From: a virus
Taxonomy: Duplodnaviria; Heunggongvirae; Uroviricota; Caudoviricetes
Virus record (IMG/VR): IMGVR_UViG_3300028888_000043
Coordinates: 201,756-265,755 of that record
Strand: one strand, 5' to 3'
Length of the DNA stretch: 64,000 bases
In this document: positions 49,216 through 59,687 of the stretch, piece after piece
Numbering within the stretch: position 1 is the first letter of the stretch
Layout of the letters: each line of letters begins with the position of its first letter
Made by a program: the position numbers and the translations under genes
The notes under the pieces: generated by a model
Databases searched by the model: none
The model's input: the letters and a program-made list of their open reading frames with translations, nothing else
Told to the model about the DNA's origin: nothing

Positions 49216-51171
49216 ATGATAAAAAAGTTCAAAAATTTTGACGTTGATGAATATCTTGAAAATAAGAATGCTGTCAGAGAAGCAGTAGAAGATGTCGTTG
49301 ATGATGAGACTCCTGCCGCAGAGGTGAAGGAAGAAGATGTCATTGATGGTGTTGCTGTTTATGACAATCCATTCATATTGAAGATTTCAAATATTGTAGG
49401 TAAGAAGTTGAAATCGGCTGGTATCGGTGAGTTCGGTATCTACCATGATGTTGTTTATCTGAATGGTGTTCCTGGTGTCTGGTTCTATGGTTTGGATGAT
49501 AATCAGAAGAATATCGTCTGCTGCCGTGACACTAATGTGAAGACCATTTCTATTTTCAATGAGTTTGACATTAATGGTACTTACAGTGCATTGGTTACAT
49601 ATACTACTCAGAAACTTGGTTTCAAGGACATGCTTGACCAGTTGGTTGATGACTTGAAACAGAGTGCTGGTGTCAATGAGGAATTTATCAATGAGGCAAC
49701 CAGATATGGTGATGGTTATACCATTGATTATGTAAGAAGGTTTGAAAAACTTTCCACTGATGACAAGAATTTTGTCTATCAGTTCATCCGTGATTTCGGT
49801 AAGAAGAGAGCCATTGATGAGTTCTATGATTTGATTTCAAGTTCTGACCCACAGGCAACAAGAATTCTTAAAACATATGTTGGCAAGGATTTGTCTGCCG
49901 GCGATGGTCAGTCAAGGTATCTTATGAGTCTTGCAGACCATGTTGTAAGTGCTGCATCTGGTGCAGTTCCTACTGCTGGTTCATTCAAGAAGGCCATTGA
50001 TGATGGTGTCCTTGACAACCTTATTTCAGAATACAAGGGTGCCGGTCCTGCCATTGTCACATCTTCCGGTGATGAATTTGAAGTTGCAGATGATGATGCT
50101 ACTTTGGATCTCATCGCAACCCGTGAGGCAGCGAAGAAAAAGGCATTGGAAGAGGATACCAAGAAGTATGAGAAGACCCTCAGGAAATTGAGAATTATGA
50201 CAGAGGCAATGTGCCATTATGTAAAACAGAATGGTAAGTTGGATGAAGATGACCAGTCTGCTATGATTAAGAGAGGTATCTTCCTCACAGGTAAGGGTGG
50301 TATCGGTAAGTCATATACAGTTGAACAGTGTCTTGAAGAGAACCATATGGTCCAGGGTCGTGACTATGTGAACATCAGTAGCGGTTCAACCACAGCAGAG
50401 AGTATCTTCAATTATCTCTATCAGTACAATGACAAACTCATCATCTTTGATGACTCCCCGGATTTGTTCTCTGAACCAAAGAAGATTGCTGTTTGGAAGT
50501 CAGCCCTTCAGTCAGATGGTACTGAATCACTTGTTTCCTATCCTCTTCAGAACACCAAGGATACAACATCCAAGTTGTACAGGACTGGTGCCATCACAAG
50601 ACAGGACAGGTACTTCAAGGAGATGGGTCGTAAATCCACGACAGAGAAGATTGCCTATGAAGAGAAGAGACTTAAGGAACTCCAGAAGGAACTTGGTAAG
50701 GACTATGACAAGTCAACAGCCAAGTTGATGGTTGCCGATGAGTGGAAGGAACTCCAGGCAGAGACTGTTCCTTTGATGCCGGACAGATATGTATATAATG
50801 GTGTTGTCATTGTTATTGGTAATGATACCAGGGAAGTATTGAGAAAGACTGTCGGTGAGGGTCACTGGAGTGCAATTGTTGACCGTTTCCAGGATTTTGA
50901 CCTTTCTCCTATGTCAGAGTCTGTATGGGAGGTTATCAAGAAGAAGATTATGGATGAATATGGTAATACCAAGATTCCTGATTCTCTCTGTATCATTCCA
51001 AGAGATCTCACAGAAGAATTTGTTGAAGAGGTTGACAAGTTGATTGTACAACCACAGTACAAGACAATGACTTGGCGTGTCATCAAGGCTTACAGTAAGA
51101 AACTTCGTGGTAAGTATGGTCTTGAGGATTGGAAGGAAGACCTCAAGAATGACATGAACACCAATAAGTAA
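49216..51171 (+). CDS. P-loop/AAA-like ATPase, late
   Basis: LTGKGGIGKS, IIFDDS; CTS-like N-terminus MIKKFKNF. Confidence 0.7.
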   Translation: MIKKFKNFDVDEYLENKNAVREAVEDVVDDETPAAEVKEEDVIDGVAVYDNPFILKISNIVGKKLKSAGIGEFGIYHDVVYLNGVPGVWFYGLDDNQKNIVCCRDTNVKTISIFNEFDINGTYSALVTYTTQKLGFKDMLDQLVDDLKQSAGVNEEFINEATRYGDGYTIDYVRRFEKLSTDDKNFVYQFIRDFGKKRAIDEFYDLISSSDPQATRILKTYVGKDLSAGDGQSRYLMSLADHVVSAASGAVPTAGSFKKAIDDGVLDNLISEYKGAGPAIVTSSGDEFEVADDDATLDLIATREAAKKKALEEDTKKYEKTLRKLRIMTEAMCHYVKQNGKLDEDDQSAMIKRGIFLTGKGGIGKSYTVEQCLEENHMVQGRDYVNISSGSTTAESIFNYLYQYNDKLIIFDDSPDLFSEPKKIAVWKSALQSDGTESLVSYPLQNTKDTTSKLYRTGAITRQDRYFKEMGRKSTTEKIAYEEKRLKELQKELGKDYDKSTAKLMVADEWKELQAETVPLMPDRYVYNGVVIVIGNDTREVLRKTVGEGHWSAIVDRFQDFDLSPMSESVWEVIKKKIMDEYGNTKIPDSLCIIPRDLTEEFVEEVDKLIVQPQYKTMTWRVIKAYSKKLRGKYGLEDWKEDLKNDMNTNK

Positions 51172-51201
51172 TAAATATAAAAGATATAACTATTAGATAT
51201 T

Positions 51202-53994
51202 ATGACACTTGAACAATTATTAAGTCCTGCTGTAGCAGAATGGTATGAAAAATTCAAGAAAAATTTGAATGAAAGTAATACGACTTTGACTCCGGAGCAG
51301 ATGGAGGAAGAGTTTGATAAGTGGCTCATTGAGAATGAACAACTTGTCAATCAGTCTGTTGATGAGAACAAGGAATCTATCAATGAATCTATCAATGCAG
51401 GAATCGAGGCGCTTAAATCATTGAATGAGGGTATATTTGATGATGATGCGTTTGCAGAGGATGCAGAAGAAAGTATAGTAAAAGGTGATGATGTAGAAGA
51501 TGAACCTATTTCAGGAGAAGTTGAGGGTGAGGAAGAGGCAGCTGCTGCCGAAGAACTCCCAAAGACTCTGACTGGTGCAATCAGACTCAGTTCTCACAGT
51601 AAAGGTGAACCTAAGAGAAATGTATTTGTTGCCTGTAATGCCCTTTATGACTTCTTGAAGAAGAAAGGTATCCAGCAGGAAGAGAACTCTCTTTATTACC
51701 GTAAATTGAATGTGTCTGATGTAAGGGATATGTCTGCTCTCTGGGCATTTGCTGATATTGCCAATGCTGATTTGAGCAGCTGGGACACAGGCAGTGTCAT
51801 CCATATGGAAGGTATGTTCTATAAGTCATCATTCAACAATGACAGTATCTGTAATTGGAATGTGTCAAGTTGCGCTGACTTCAAGAATATGTTCTCCTTC
51901 TCAAAGTTCAATCAGTCACTTAAAAAATGGACTCCTAAATTCATTGAGGTCATTGAAAGAGATGCTGATGGTCATGCAGTGAGAGATGCTTCAGGTTCTC
52001 CTGTCAAGAAGTCTGTCCGTGCTGAACTTCCTCTTATCGGTGCTGCCGCTGATGAAGAAAGTGAGCTCCTTGCACAACATTGGAATAATATTTTTGCAGA
52101 TATGGAAAAAGAAGAAGTAAAGGAAAACAAGATGAATCATGTTATTGACTTTGATACCTTTGTCAATGAAGGTAAGGTCAAGGATTTCATCAACAAGGGT
52201 ATTGAGAAGGTAAAGGGATTCTTCCAGTCAATCGCCTTGAAGTTTGGAAAGATTGTTGCTTTCTTTAAGGAAGATGGTGAGATGTATCCTGCTATCAGTG
52301 CTTACACATCCCTCAATACAGTTGCTGCCGGCGAAGTTCCTGGTGTTTCTGCTTTCTGTGCTGTTGAAAGTCCTTATCTTGAAGGTGTTGAGAAATCAGC
52401 CAACATTGTTGAGAGTCCTGAATACTATGGTATCATTGATAAGGACAGTATCGAGTACAAGAACTATGAGACCTTCAAGGGTATGATTAATGAGCATTAT
52501 GCCAAGTATGGTAATACTGGTTGTCTTGAAATGATCAATGAGGAGAATTTCAAGAGAGTTGGTTTTAGTGCAGAAGAAGGTGGTTTGAGAGATATTCCTG
52601 ATATCAACTCAAAGCAGTTGGGTATGATTCTGGAAGATGCCATCAAGAATGTTCCTGCTTACAAGGGTGACAAGTCTGGTGGTTCAGTCCTTATTTGGGG
52701 TGCTCCTGGTATTGGTAAGTCAAGTATCCCTAAGAGTGTCATCAGAAACTGGAATGAGAAACAGGACAAGTTCCACAAGAAGGCCTTGATGGTTGTTGAG
52801 TGTGGTGACTTGACAGTTGATGGTTTCACCCTTCCTATTCCTATTGACAAGAGTGTTTCTGACTATCTTGATGATAGACCCCTTGTCAGTGATGTGATTA
52901 AGGCTTCCGGTGTTTCTACTGACAATATCGAGAGAATCAAGAGGAATATGCACAAGGTTTCAACAGAAGCCCCTAAGACCTGGTTGCCTTGCTTCCGTGT
53001 CTCCACCAATCAGGATGAGGTTAATATCCTCAATGATATTGCCAATGGTCATGTGGAGAAGAAGAACAAGGGTGGTCTCCTGGTTGTCAATGAGACAACA
53101 GAAGGAGGTATCCTCCTTATGGATGAGTTCTTCCGTGCAGATGAGATGATTTTCAAGATTTTGATGCAGCTCCTCCTCACCAGAACTTACAATGATGAGT
53201 TTATGCTTGGTAACAAGTGGGCAATTGTCTGCTGCTCCAACCGTCCTAATGATGATGAGGAAGTTGAAAGAGGTTTTACCTCAACCGGTGCTGTGGTTGG
53301 TACCCGTTTCCTTGGTGGTCAGTACAACTTCATCCCTTCGTTCGATGACTGGAAGAAGTGGGCTGTCAAGGAAGGTGGATTTGATGATGTCACTCTTGAA
53401 TTCCTTATGTTTGAGAAGTCTCCGGAAGGTGAATATACCAACTGGCACACAATCAGACCTGAAGAGTACACAAAGGGTAAGTCAGGTTGGCCTACACCTC
53501 GTACCTGGTCTGCTCTTATGAATGAGTTGAATCTTTATAAGGAGAACCATGGATATGCAGAGATTTCTGACATTCCTTCTGATGAGATCCGTTTGAAGGC
53601 AGATGCTATCATCGGTGCAGAGATGTCAAAGAAGTATGTCTCATTCCTTGAGAGTCATTCAAAGACTGCTGTTAATGTTAATAAGATTTTGGAAGATGCT
53701 GAATATAAGATTCCTTCCAGTGCCAAATGTTCAGAGGTTTGTAGAAGGGTTGAGAACTCAATCAAGGTTATGTACTCACCTGACAATCTCCCAGAGGTTG
53801 ATAAACTTATGAACCTTTTCAATACACTCAACAGGACTTATTCAGAGACAAAGGATAATGTGGTTAAGATTATGCATGTCAATATCATCAAGTTCCTTGA
53901 TGTTATGAACAACAAGTCATCCCGTATTGCTTTGAAGGATTATCTCCAGGCTGTTGACAAGAGATTCCATCTTGAAGAGGCTGATTTGAAATAA
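51202..53994 (+). CDS. MoxR-like AAA+ ATPase with N-terminal BspA/DUF285-like repeats
   Basis: WDTGSVIHMEGMF/WNVSSCADFKNMF repeats; WGAPGIGKS, LLMDEFFRA, PTPRTW. Confidence 0.8.
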   Translation: MTLEQLLSPAVAEWYEKFKKNLNESNTTLTPEQMEEEFDKWLIENEQLVNQSVDENKESINESINAGIEALKSLNEGIFDDDAFAEDAEESIVKGDDVEDEPISGEVEGEEEAAAAEELPKTLTGAIRLSSHSKGEPKRNVFVACNALYDFLKKKGIQQEENSLYYRKLNVSDVRDMSALWAFADIANADLSSWDTGSVIHMEGMFYKSSFNNDSICNWNVSSCADFKNMFSFSKFNQSLKKWTPKFIEVIERDADGHAVRDASGSPVKKSVRAELPLIGAAADEESELLAQHWNNIFADMEKEEVKENKMNHVIDFDTFVNEGKVKDFINKGIEKVKGFFQSIALKFGKIVAFFKEDGEMYPAISAYTSLNTVAAGEVPGVSAFCAVESPYLEGVEKSANIVESPEYYGIIDKDSIEYKNYETFKGMINEHYAKYGNTGCLEMINEENFKRVGFSAEEGGLRDIPDINSKQLGMILEDAIKNVPAYKGDKSGGSVLIWGAPGIGKSSIPKSVIRNWNEKQDKFHKKALMVVECGDLTVDGFTLPIPIDKSVSDYLDDRPLVSDVIKASGVSTDNIERIKRNMHKVSTEAPKTWLPCFRVSTNQDEVNILNDIANGHVEKKNKGGLLVVNETTEGGILLMDEFFRADEMIFKILMQLLLTRTYNDEFMLGNKWAIVCCSNRPNDDEEVERGFTSTGAVVGTRFLGGQYNFIPSFDDWKKWAVKEGGFDDVTLEFLMFEKSPEGEYTNWHTIRPEEYTKGKSGWPTPRTWSALMNELNLYKENHGYAEISDIPSDEIRLKADAIIGAEMSKKYVSFLESHSKTAVNVNKILEDAEYKIPSSAKCSEVCRRVENSIKVMYSPDNLPEVDKLMNLFNTLNRTYSETKDNVVKIMHVNIIKFLDVMNNKSSRIALKDYLQAVDKRFHLEEADLK

Positions 53995-54012
53995 TGATAT
54001 TTAATATCATTG

Positions 54013-54044
54013 AAAAGGAAGTGATTAAAGTCACTTCCTTTTTT
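54013..54044 (+). terminator. Intrinsic terminator
   Basis: AAAAGGAAGTGA-ttaaag-TCACTTCCTTTT. Confidence 0.75.
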
Positions 54045-54049
54045 GTATT

Positions 54050-54057
54050 CATAAATA
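54050..54057 (+). promoter_or_regulatory. Late promoter CATAAATA
   Basis: Upstream of 54073. Confidence 0.75.
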
Positions 54058-54072
54058 CCATATATTATTAAT

Positions 54073-56274
54073 ATGTATTTTATGAACAGTTGGATATTGA
54101 ATGAAGCTGTTTCTGGTTATGATGCCGCATCAGGTAATGAAGACATCATTGAGAGGCTTGGTGAAATTAGTGTGTATGATTATAAGACCAAGGATTTTAC
54201 CAAGGTAAAGACATCATCTATTATCAAGGTTGTCAATGACGGTGTATATAAGATGCAGAGGGATTATCCTTATTTGTATCAGTTCATGGCAAAATGTAAG
54301 ATAATGTACATACCTACTTATCCAAGTGAGATTTGTGACACTATGTGTGTTGATAACTATAACAATCTTTGGATAAGTTGTTCATATGTTTATAATGAAT
54401 GTCTTATGGACAGTAACCGTGTGTTTGGTGTACTTTTCCATGAGATGTTCCATGTCTTCTTTGATCACCTTATGAGGTTCAATGAGATGTATCCTGCTGA
54501 TATGTTTGCTGGTGGACTTGAAGGTGCAAGGAAGAAGGCCAATATGAAGGCCAACATATGTATGGACTATGAGGTGAATGCATCAATGGCAGAAGATGGT
54601 ATTGTTGATGATGGATTCTTCAAGAGGATGAATATGCTCTATAAGAAGGAATACACCGGTCTCACCTGGGAGGAGATTATGAATAAGGCCGGAGACTTTG
54701 AATACAAGGACTGGTTGTCAAGGAATGGTTTCAATCTTGATGATATTGAATTGAAACTTCTTGATGCTATTGAAAAGGCATCCAAGGTTTTGATGGATCC
54801 AGCAGCGGAAGATGAAGAAAAGAGAGCTGCCAGAAGGGAACTTCAAAAGACTATTGATGACCTTCTTGGAAAGGAATCCAGTGGTGAAAAGGGTATTCAG
54901 GAAATGATGGAAGACCTTGCAAAGTCAAAATTGGGTGACATCGGTGACTTGTCTATGGATATGGATGAACTTGTTGATGACCTGTATAAGAATCCGGCAT
55001 CTATGACTGATGAGGAACTGGATGAGACTTTGAAGCATATTGACAAGTTTATGGATGACCTTACTGAAAATTCAAGTGAGGTTGGAGAACAGTTTGGTAA
55101 GAGTTCGGAAGAAGTATCCAATGATGCTGCCAAGGCAAGGGAGTCTTTCAAGGAGGCAATGAAGAAGATGAAGGAAGGTGGTCTTTCAAAGGAAGAAAAA
55201 CAGGACTTGATTGACAAGGCAAAGGATGACCTGGAAGATATCATCTCTGATGATGTTGAGAAAGAGAAGTTGAAGAAGAAGAGAGAGGAAAGGGATGCCA
55301 AGAAGAGAGAAGAGAGAAAGGAGAAGTTCAAGAAGACTCATCCTATCAGGAGTCTTATCATCATAATGAAGAATTTTGCGGGATTGAAGCAGTTTGGTGT
55401 TGTTTCTGAGAAGACTGTCAAAACTGCTGAAAAATGTATGGAAGTACTTGAACCATTGACTGAACTGAAATTCAGTGAGATGAAGAAATCTGACTTTGAT
55501 GATCCTATCACTTATTTCACCGAGTTGAAAGATTGCTTCCTTCCTGATTTGGTTGCATTGATTGATAATGAGACCATTCTTAATAAGACAGAGGATGATA
55601 TGAAGAGACTCCTTGATGGTGTGTTTGACTTTGTGTTCAAGGCATTTGACACTGCCCTCAACAATGACCTTGATGAGGATGCAAGAGGTTCACTTATGAA
55701 GACTGCTGCCCAGAAGATGAGAATCATCGGTAAGGTGTTGAAGACCCAGAAAGTATGGAGAACCAGCGAGGAATTCAAGGAGGCCTATATTGAAGAGATG
55801 AAGAGGATGATGGAGATGTACAAGAATGGTGAGGTTGAAGAACTTATGAAAGAACTCATTGATAAGGGTGTCCTCAATCCTATGTTCCTTGATGAAAAGA
55901 GTAGAGATATTTATCATAAGGTTATGGGTAAAGATGATGATAGAGAAACTGAAATCAAGGATGAAGAAATCAAGAGTTACACTGAAATGATGGATGGTCT
56001 TGAACCATATGAAGGTAAAGTTTATTATAACCTTTATAGTGGTGATGATTCTGAAACAATACTTGAACTTTCAGATATATCCAATGGATTGGAGGATAGT
56101 GATTTTGAGAAGTTTGGAGTTAGGTTTGAAAAGGATTTCCCTGAATATAGTGTTGGAGAACTTATGGAATCTGTTTTTGAAGTCTATTATAAAGATACAT
56201 ATGACTATGTTGACATTGATGACTTGAGGGAAAAACTGGAAAGTAATCCTGATTATGAAATCGGTGAGTGGTAA
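54073..56274 (+). CDS. DUF2201-N-like HExxH metallopeptidase with long helical C-terminus
   Basis: TMCVD, LFHEMFHVFFDH, ANICMDYEVN. Confidence 0.75.
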   Translation: MYFMNSWILNEAVSGYDAASGNEDIIERLGEISVYDYKTKDFTKVKTSSIIKVVNDGVYKMQRDYPYLYQFMAKCKIMYIPTYPSEICDTMCVDNYNNLWISCSYVYNECLMDSNRVFGVLFHEMFHVFFDHLMRFNEMYPADMFAGGLEGARKKANMKANICMDYEVNASMAEDGIVDDGFFKRMNMLYKKEYTGLTWEEIMNKAGDFEYKDWLSRNGFNLDDIELKLLDAIEKASKVLMDPAAEDEEKRAARRELQKTIDDLLGKESSGEKGIQEMMEDLAKSKLGDIGDLSMDMDELVDDLYKNPASMTDEELDETLKHIDKFMDDLTENSSEVGEQFGKSSEEVSNDAAKARESFKEAMKKMKEGGLSKEEKQDLIDKAKDDLEDIISDDVEKEKLKKKREERDAKKREERKEKFKKTHPIRSLIIIMKNFAGLKQFGVVSEKTVKTAEKCMEVLEPLTELKFSEMKKSDFDDPITYFTELKDCFLPDLVALIDNETILNKTEDDMKRLLDGVFDFVFKAFDTALNNDLDEDARGSLMKTAAQKMRIIGKVLKTQKVWRTSEEFKEAYIEEMKRMMEMYKNGEVEELMKELIDKGVLNPMFLDEKSRDIYHKVMGKDDDRETEIKDEEIKSYTEMMDGLEPYEGKVYYNLYSGDDSETILELSDISNGLEDSDFEKFGVRFEKDFPEYSVGELMESVFEVYYKDTYDYVDIDDLREKLESNPDYEIGEW

Positions 56275-56302
56275 AATAAGAATTAAACATTGTAATTAAG
56301 AT

Positions 56303-58144
56303 ATGATAACTTTATTGGAAAAATTGGACAATCTTTTGAAGTCCATCAATGAAGCAGAAGAACCAGATGTTGTCAAGGAGGAAAAACCAAAGGTGAAGGC
56401 AATTCCTATCAATCCAGAAATGATGACAGATGAACAAGGAAGACAGAAGGCATATGAAAAGATTGTAAAACTTTTCTATGACCTTTCAACTGGAGGTATG
56501 GGTCCTTCTGGTCCTTCTGTAAAGGATGATATTGAACTTCCAGATGATTTCATTGATCCCAAGTTAAAGGGTAAGATGGAGGGTCCTATGAAGGACACGG
56601 AGTTTGAGAAGAACAAGGTTATCTGGGACCAGGATGAGTTGGACAAGATAAATAAGGATGTTGAAATCAATACATCTGGAGAGGATGATGATTTTGATGA
56701 CTTTAATTATAGGGACAATGAGTTTGGTGATGATGCTGACACTTCTGAACTTGACACTGAAGATATGGACAGCAGTGGTGGAGGTGGTTCAAGTGATGAT
56801 TCCGAGAAGTCTGAAAGTGAAAGATTGAAGGATGCCATTGACAAGGCCATTGACAAGATGAGGGATGACAAGCAATCCGGTGGTGGTGATGGTTCAAAGG
56901 GAGATATGAGTTCAGGTGACAAGAACAGTGATGGTTCATCAAAAGGTTCATCAGATGGTAGTGACTCTTCCAGTGATGGTTCATCAAGTGGTAGTTCCGG
57001 TAGTGAATCGCAGGAAGGTGATGGTTCAGGTGGACCCAACATTGGCGGTAGTGCTGATGGTACAGATTTGAAACCTGGTAAACCTATGTCTGCAAAGGAC
57101 AGGAAGTTGAAGGAACTCAAAGATGCGCTTGAAAGAGGTGATGAGAGCGGATTTGATCATGCAGCAGATGAACTTAAAGAAGGTGAGGATGGAACTGGAA
57201 AACTGGCCGGTGAACATAGGGATTCTGTAAGTAATGAAGACCTTGAAAAGGATATGAAGAATGCCGGACTTTCTGAAAAGGATATCAAGGAAATGATTAA
57301 GACCAAAGACCATGATACTTCAAAGGATTACTCCGATGAAGAGATTGAGGAAATCAAGAAGGAAGTTGTGGATGGTCTTGAAAAGAAATGTAAGAAGAGA
57401 GGTGGTTCTGCTCTTGCCAAGACTGTTGTCAAGAATGCCTTGAAGGCAAAGATTGAGAATGATGAGTGGAAAGAGATGTTGAAACTCTTCTTGAAAGCCA
57501 AGTCCATTATGAAGGGAAGTACCAGTAAGGCAAAGAATAAGACGGTCTATGGTAATAAGAATCATCTTTGGAGAGATTCTGTCCTTCCAACCAGGACATA
57601 TGGAAAAGGTGAGATACAGAAGATTTACTGTTTTGTTGACTTCTCCGGTTCTGTGAATCAGGATTTGGTTTACACTTTCCTTGGTAGGGTCATTGACTTG
57701 TGTCAGGAACTTTCTTACACTGATGTCGTGGTGTATGGATTCGGTGATCAGATTGTTCTCCCAAGGAAAATCAATGGAAAGATGCTCAAGGCCCAGGGTA
57801 GGGATGTTGTTCTTTCACAGACCTGGGATTACATCCAGAGTCAGAATCCTGGTGGTGGTTCGGAGAATTTTGAGGATGTGGCACATGAAATCAACCAGAT
57901 TAGGAGAAAGGACAAGGATTCAGTGTTCTTGATTTTCGGTGATGCCCTTTGGAGTAACTATGGTAATGCACATCCGCCACTCTTCCTGAAGGAAGTATGT
58001 GGAACAAAGGTTCTTGAAGATATATGTGTATTGACTTATTACATGTATGAAAACAGTACATATGCAGGTGAGATTGCCTATTTGAGAGAATTGGTAGGAC
58101 TGAAATCAGTCATCACAACGAAGGCATCAAGTATCAGGGAATAA
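56303..58144 (+). CDS. vWA (MIDAS) domain protein with Ser/Gly/Asp linker
   Basis: FVDFSGSV, GGGSE, IFGD. Confidence 0.8.
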   Translation: MITLLEKLDNLLKSINEAEEPDVVKEEKPKVKAIPINPEMMTDEQGRQKAYEKIVKLFYDLSTGGMGPSGPSVKDDIELPDDFIDPKLKGKMEGPMKDTEFEKNKVIWDQDELDKINKDVEINTSGEDDDFDDFNYRDNEFGDDADTSELDTEDMDSSGGGGSSDDSEKSESERLKDAIDKAIDKMRDDKQSGGGDGSKGDMSSGDKNSDGSSKGSSDGSDSSSDGSSSGSSGSESQEGDGSGGPNIGGSADGTDLKPGKPMSAKDRKLKELKDALERGDESGFDHAADELKEGEDGTGKLAGEHRDSVSNEDLEKDMKNAGLSEKDIKEMIKTKDHDTSKDYSDEEIEEIKKEVVDGLEKKCKKRGGSALAKTVVKNALKAKIENDEWKEMLKLFLKAKSIMKGSTSKAKNKTVYGNKNHLWRDSVLPTRTYGKGEIQKIYCFVDFSGSVNQDLVYTFLGRVIDLCQELSYTDVVVYGFGDQIVLPRKINGKMLKAQGRDVVLSQTWDYIQSQNPGGGSENFEDVAHEINQIRRKDKDSVFLIFGDALWSNYGNAHPPLFLKEVCGTKVLEDICVLTYYMYENSTYAGEIAYLRELVGLKSVITTKASSIRE

Positions 58145-58177
58145 AAAAAGGGGATGGTTCTAAACCATCCCTCTTTT
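58144..58177. terminator. Bidirectional terminator
   Basis: GGGATGGT-tctaa-ACCATCCC flanked by A and T runs. Confidence 0.8.
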
Positions 58178-58898
58178 ATTTATCATTCCAATCTCTTAGT
58201 TTTTTTATCACTTTCGGTATAATTGGATTTCTAACAACTTCATCATCGTTGAAGTGGCAGTAACCTATATAATTCTCTTCTTTGAAAATTTCAATAATAT
58301 GTTGAAGTGCGGACTGTTTCCTTTTCTTCTCCTGGTCAAAATCCACCTGTTCGGTGTCTCCGAGGAATACCATCTTACTGTCATCTCCGATTCTTGTTAT
58401 TATTGACTTGAAGAGATTCATAGTGATGTTCTGAGACTCGTCTATGATGATATAAGATTTGTCCAATGTAACACCTCTGATGTATGCAAGCGGTAGAACT
58501 TCCACTTTCTTTTCCTTGAACAACCTATCAACATTGTCTTCATTGTTGACCATCTTTTTCATATTGCCTTTATAGGACATTATGTGAGGTTCCATTTTTT
58601 CCTCTATTGTTCCAGGAATGTATCCGATGTCTTCATTAGGGGTTGAAATAACAGACTTACATAAAATTAGTTTGTCATACTGTTTTGAAAGAACCCCAAG
58701 GAGACCTTCATATAAGGCAATGTAGGTTTTACCAGACCCTGCGATTCCATCGCAAATTGTTATGTCATGGTTTCTGATTTCAGTCACAAAGTGTTTTTGT
58801 TTCTGATTCCTACATTTAAGGGGGAGAAGTGTAATCGGATTTTTGTCTACCACTATTTCGGGTATTTGGAAATCATCAGATTTTTTCTTTTTTGGCAT
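58176..58898 (-). CDS. phoH: PhoH-family ATPase
   Basis: GIAGSGKT, IGYIPG, LAYIRG, IIDESQN, TRIG, GDTEQVD, VRNP. Confidence 0.93.
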   Translation of the reverse strand: MPKKKKSDDFQIPEIVVDKNPITLLPLKCRNQKQKHFVTEIRNHDITICDGIAGSGKTYIALYEGLLGVLSKQYDKLILCKSVISTPNEDIGYIPGTIEEKMEPHIMSYKGNMKKMVNNEDNVDRLFKEKKVEVLPLAYIRGVTLDKSYIIIDESQNITMNLFKSIITRIGDDSKMVFLGDTEQVDFDQEKKRKQSALQHIIEIFKEENYIGYCHFNDDEVVRNPIIPKVIKKLRDWNDK

Positions 58899-58960
58899 AC
58901 TGAATATTATTATGGTATATCAAATGAAAAGAGTGAGACAAAAGTCCCACTCTATTCATT

Positions 58961-59545
58961 TTACTGATAGACAGGAAGACCTACGGTCTGATCATCCCAA
59001 CCGTCACACTGGAAGGTCATTGAAATCTCATTTGCCTCGTTACCAGCATCATAACTTCTGTCATTCATACCTGTAGGCTGGCCAGGGATAACATTCCAGC
59101 AGGTGATTTTTCTCCAGATTGAACCATCACGGTTGTACTCTACGATGACCATTGAACCACAATATTCTTTCTTCAAACCATACTGACCTGTTGCAGGGTT
59201 GAAAGACTTGTTGTACCATTTACGGAGAGTTGTATAGATGTAGTTCTCGTTTGAATCATTCAAGTTCAGGGAGAAGGTCATTGCCAACTCGAGGTGGGTC
59301 TGCTCCGGAACGCCAAGGTAAACTCTTTCAGCCTGTTTGAATTTCTGGATGACTGTACCCATAGGAGGGTTGATTCCGTCAAGACCAGAGATTGATCTAA
59401 CATGCTCAAGAAGAAGCTGTGTAGTCTTGTCATCTTGCTGACCGTCAAGGGTAGGAGGGAGGATGGTGACCTCAAAGAACGCTGGGTTCACGACTTCCCA
59501 CTTATTGACAGCGGCATGTGAATTCTTAAAGTGACTAAGTGCCAT
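58961..59545 (-). CDS. gp19: Tail tube protein gp19-like
   Basis: LRKWYN..NPATG..KKEY, EYNRDG, MTFQCDGW; adjacent to sheath. Confidence 0.8.
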   Translation of the reverse strand: MALSHFKNSHAAVNKWEVVNPAFFEVTILPPTLDGQQDDKTTQLLLEHVRSISGLDGINPPMGTVIQKFKQAERVYLGVPEQTHLELAMTFSLNLNDSNENYIYTTLRKWYNKSFNPATGQYGLKKEYCGSMVIVEYNRDGSIWRKITCWNVIPGQPTGMNDRSYDAGNEANEISMTFQCDGWDDQTVGLPVYQ

Positions 59546-59600
59546 ATCTCGTGTTTTTGTTTATTTTTGTATGCTGTGAAGACTCCGCCTTCACTTATAT

Positions 59601-59658
59601 TATTTATGAAAATGAATGGACTTCATATTTTATGGTTGGAATTGGTTTTACATAAATA
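59601..59658. promoter_or_regulatory. Divergent late promoters CATAAATA (-, 59601-59608; +, 59651-59658)
   Basis: Between tube and sheath genes. Confidence 0.75.
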
Positions 59659-59687
59659 CCTTATAAATATAATAAAAAGTTAAAATT

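Noticed and set aside
56760-57060. Ser/Gly/Asp-rich stretch as a distinct repeat element
   Set aside because: Ordinary low-complexity linker typical of vWA partner proteins
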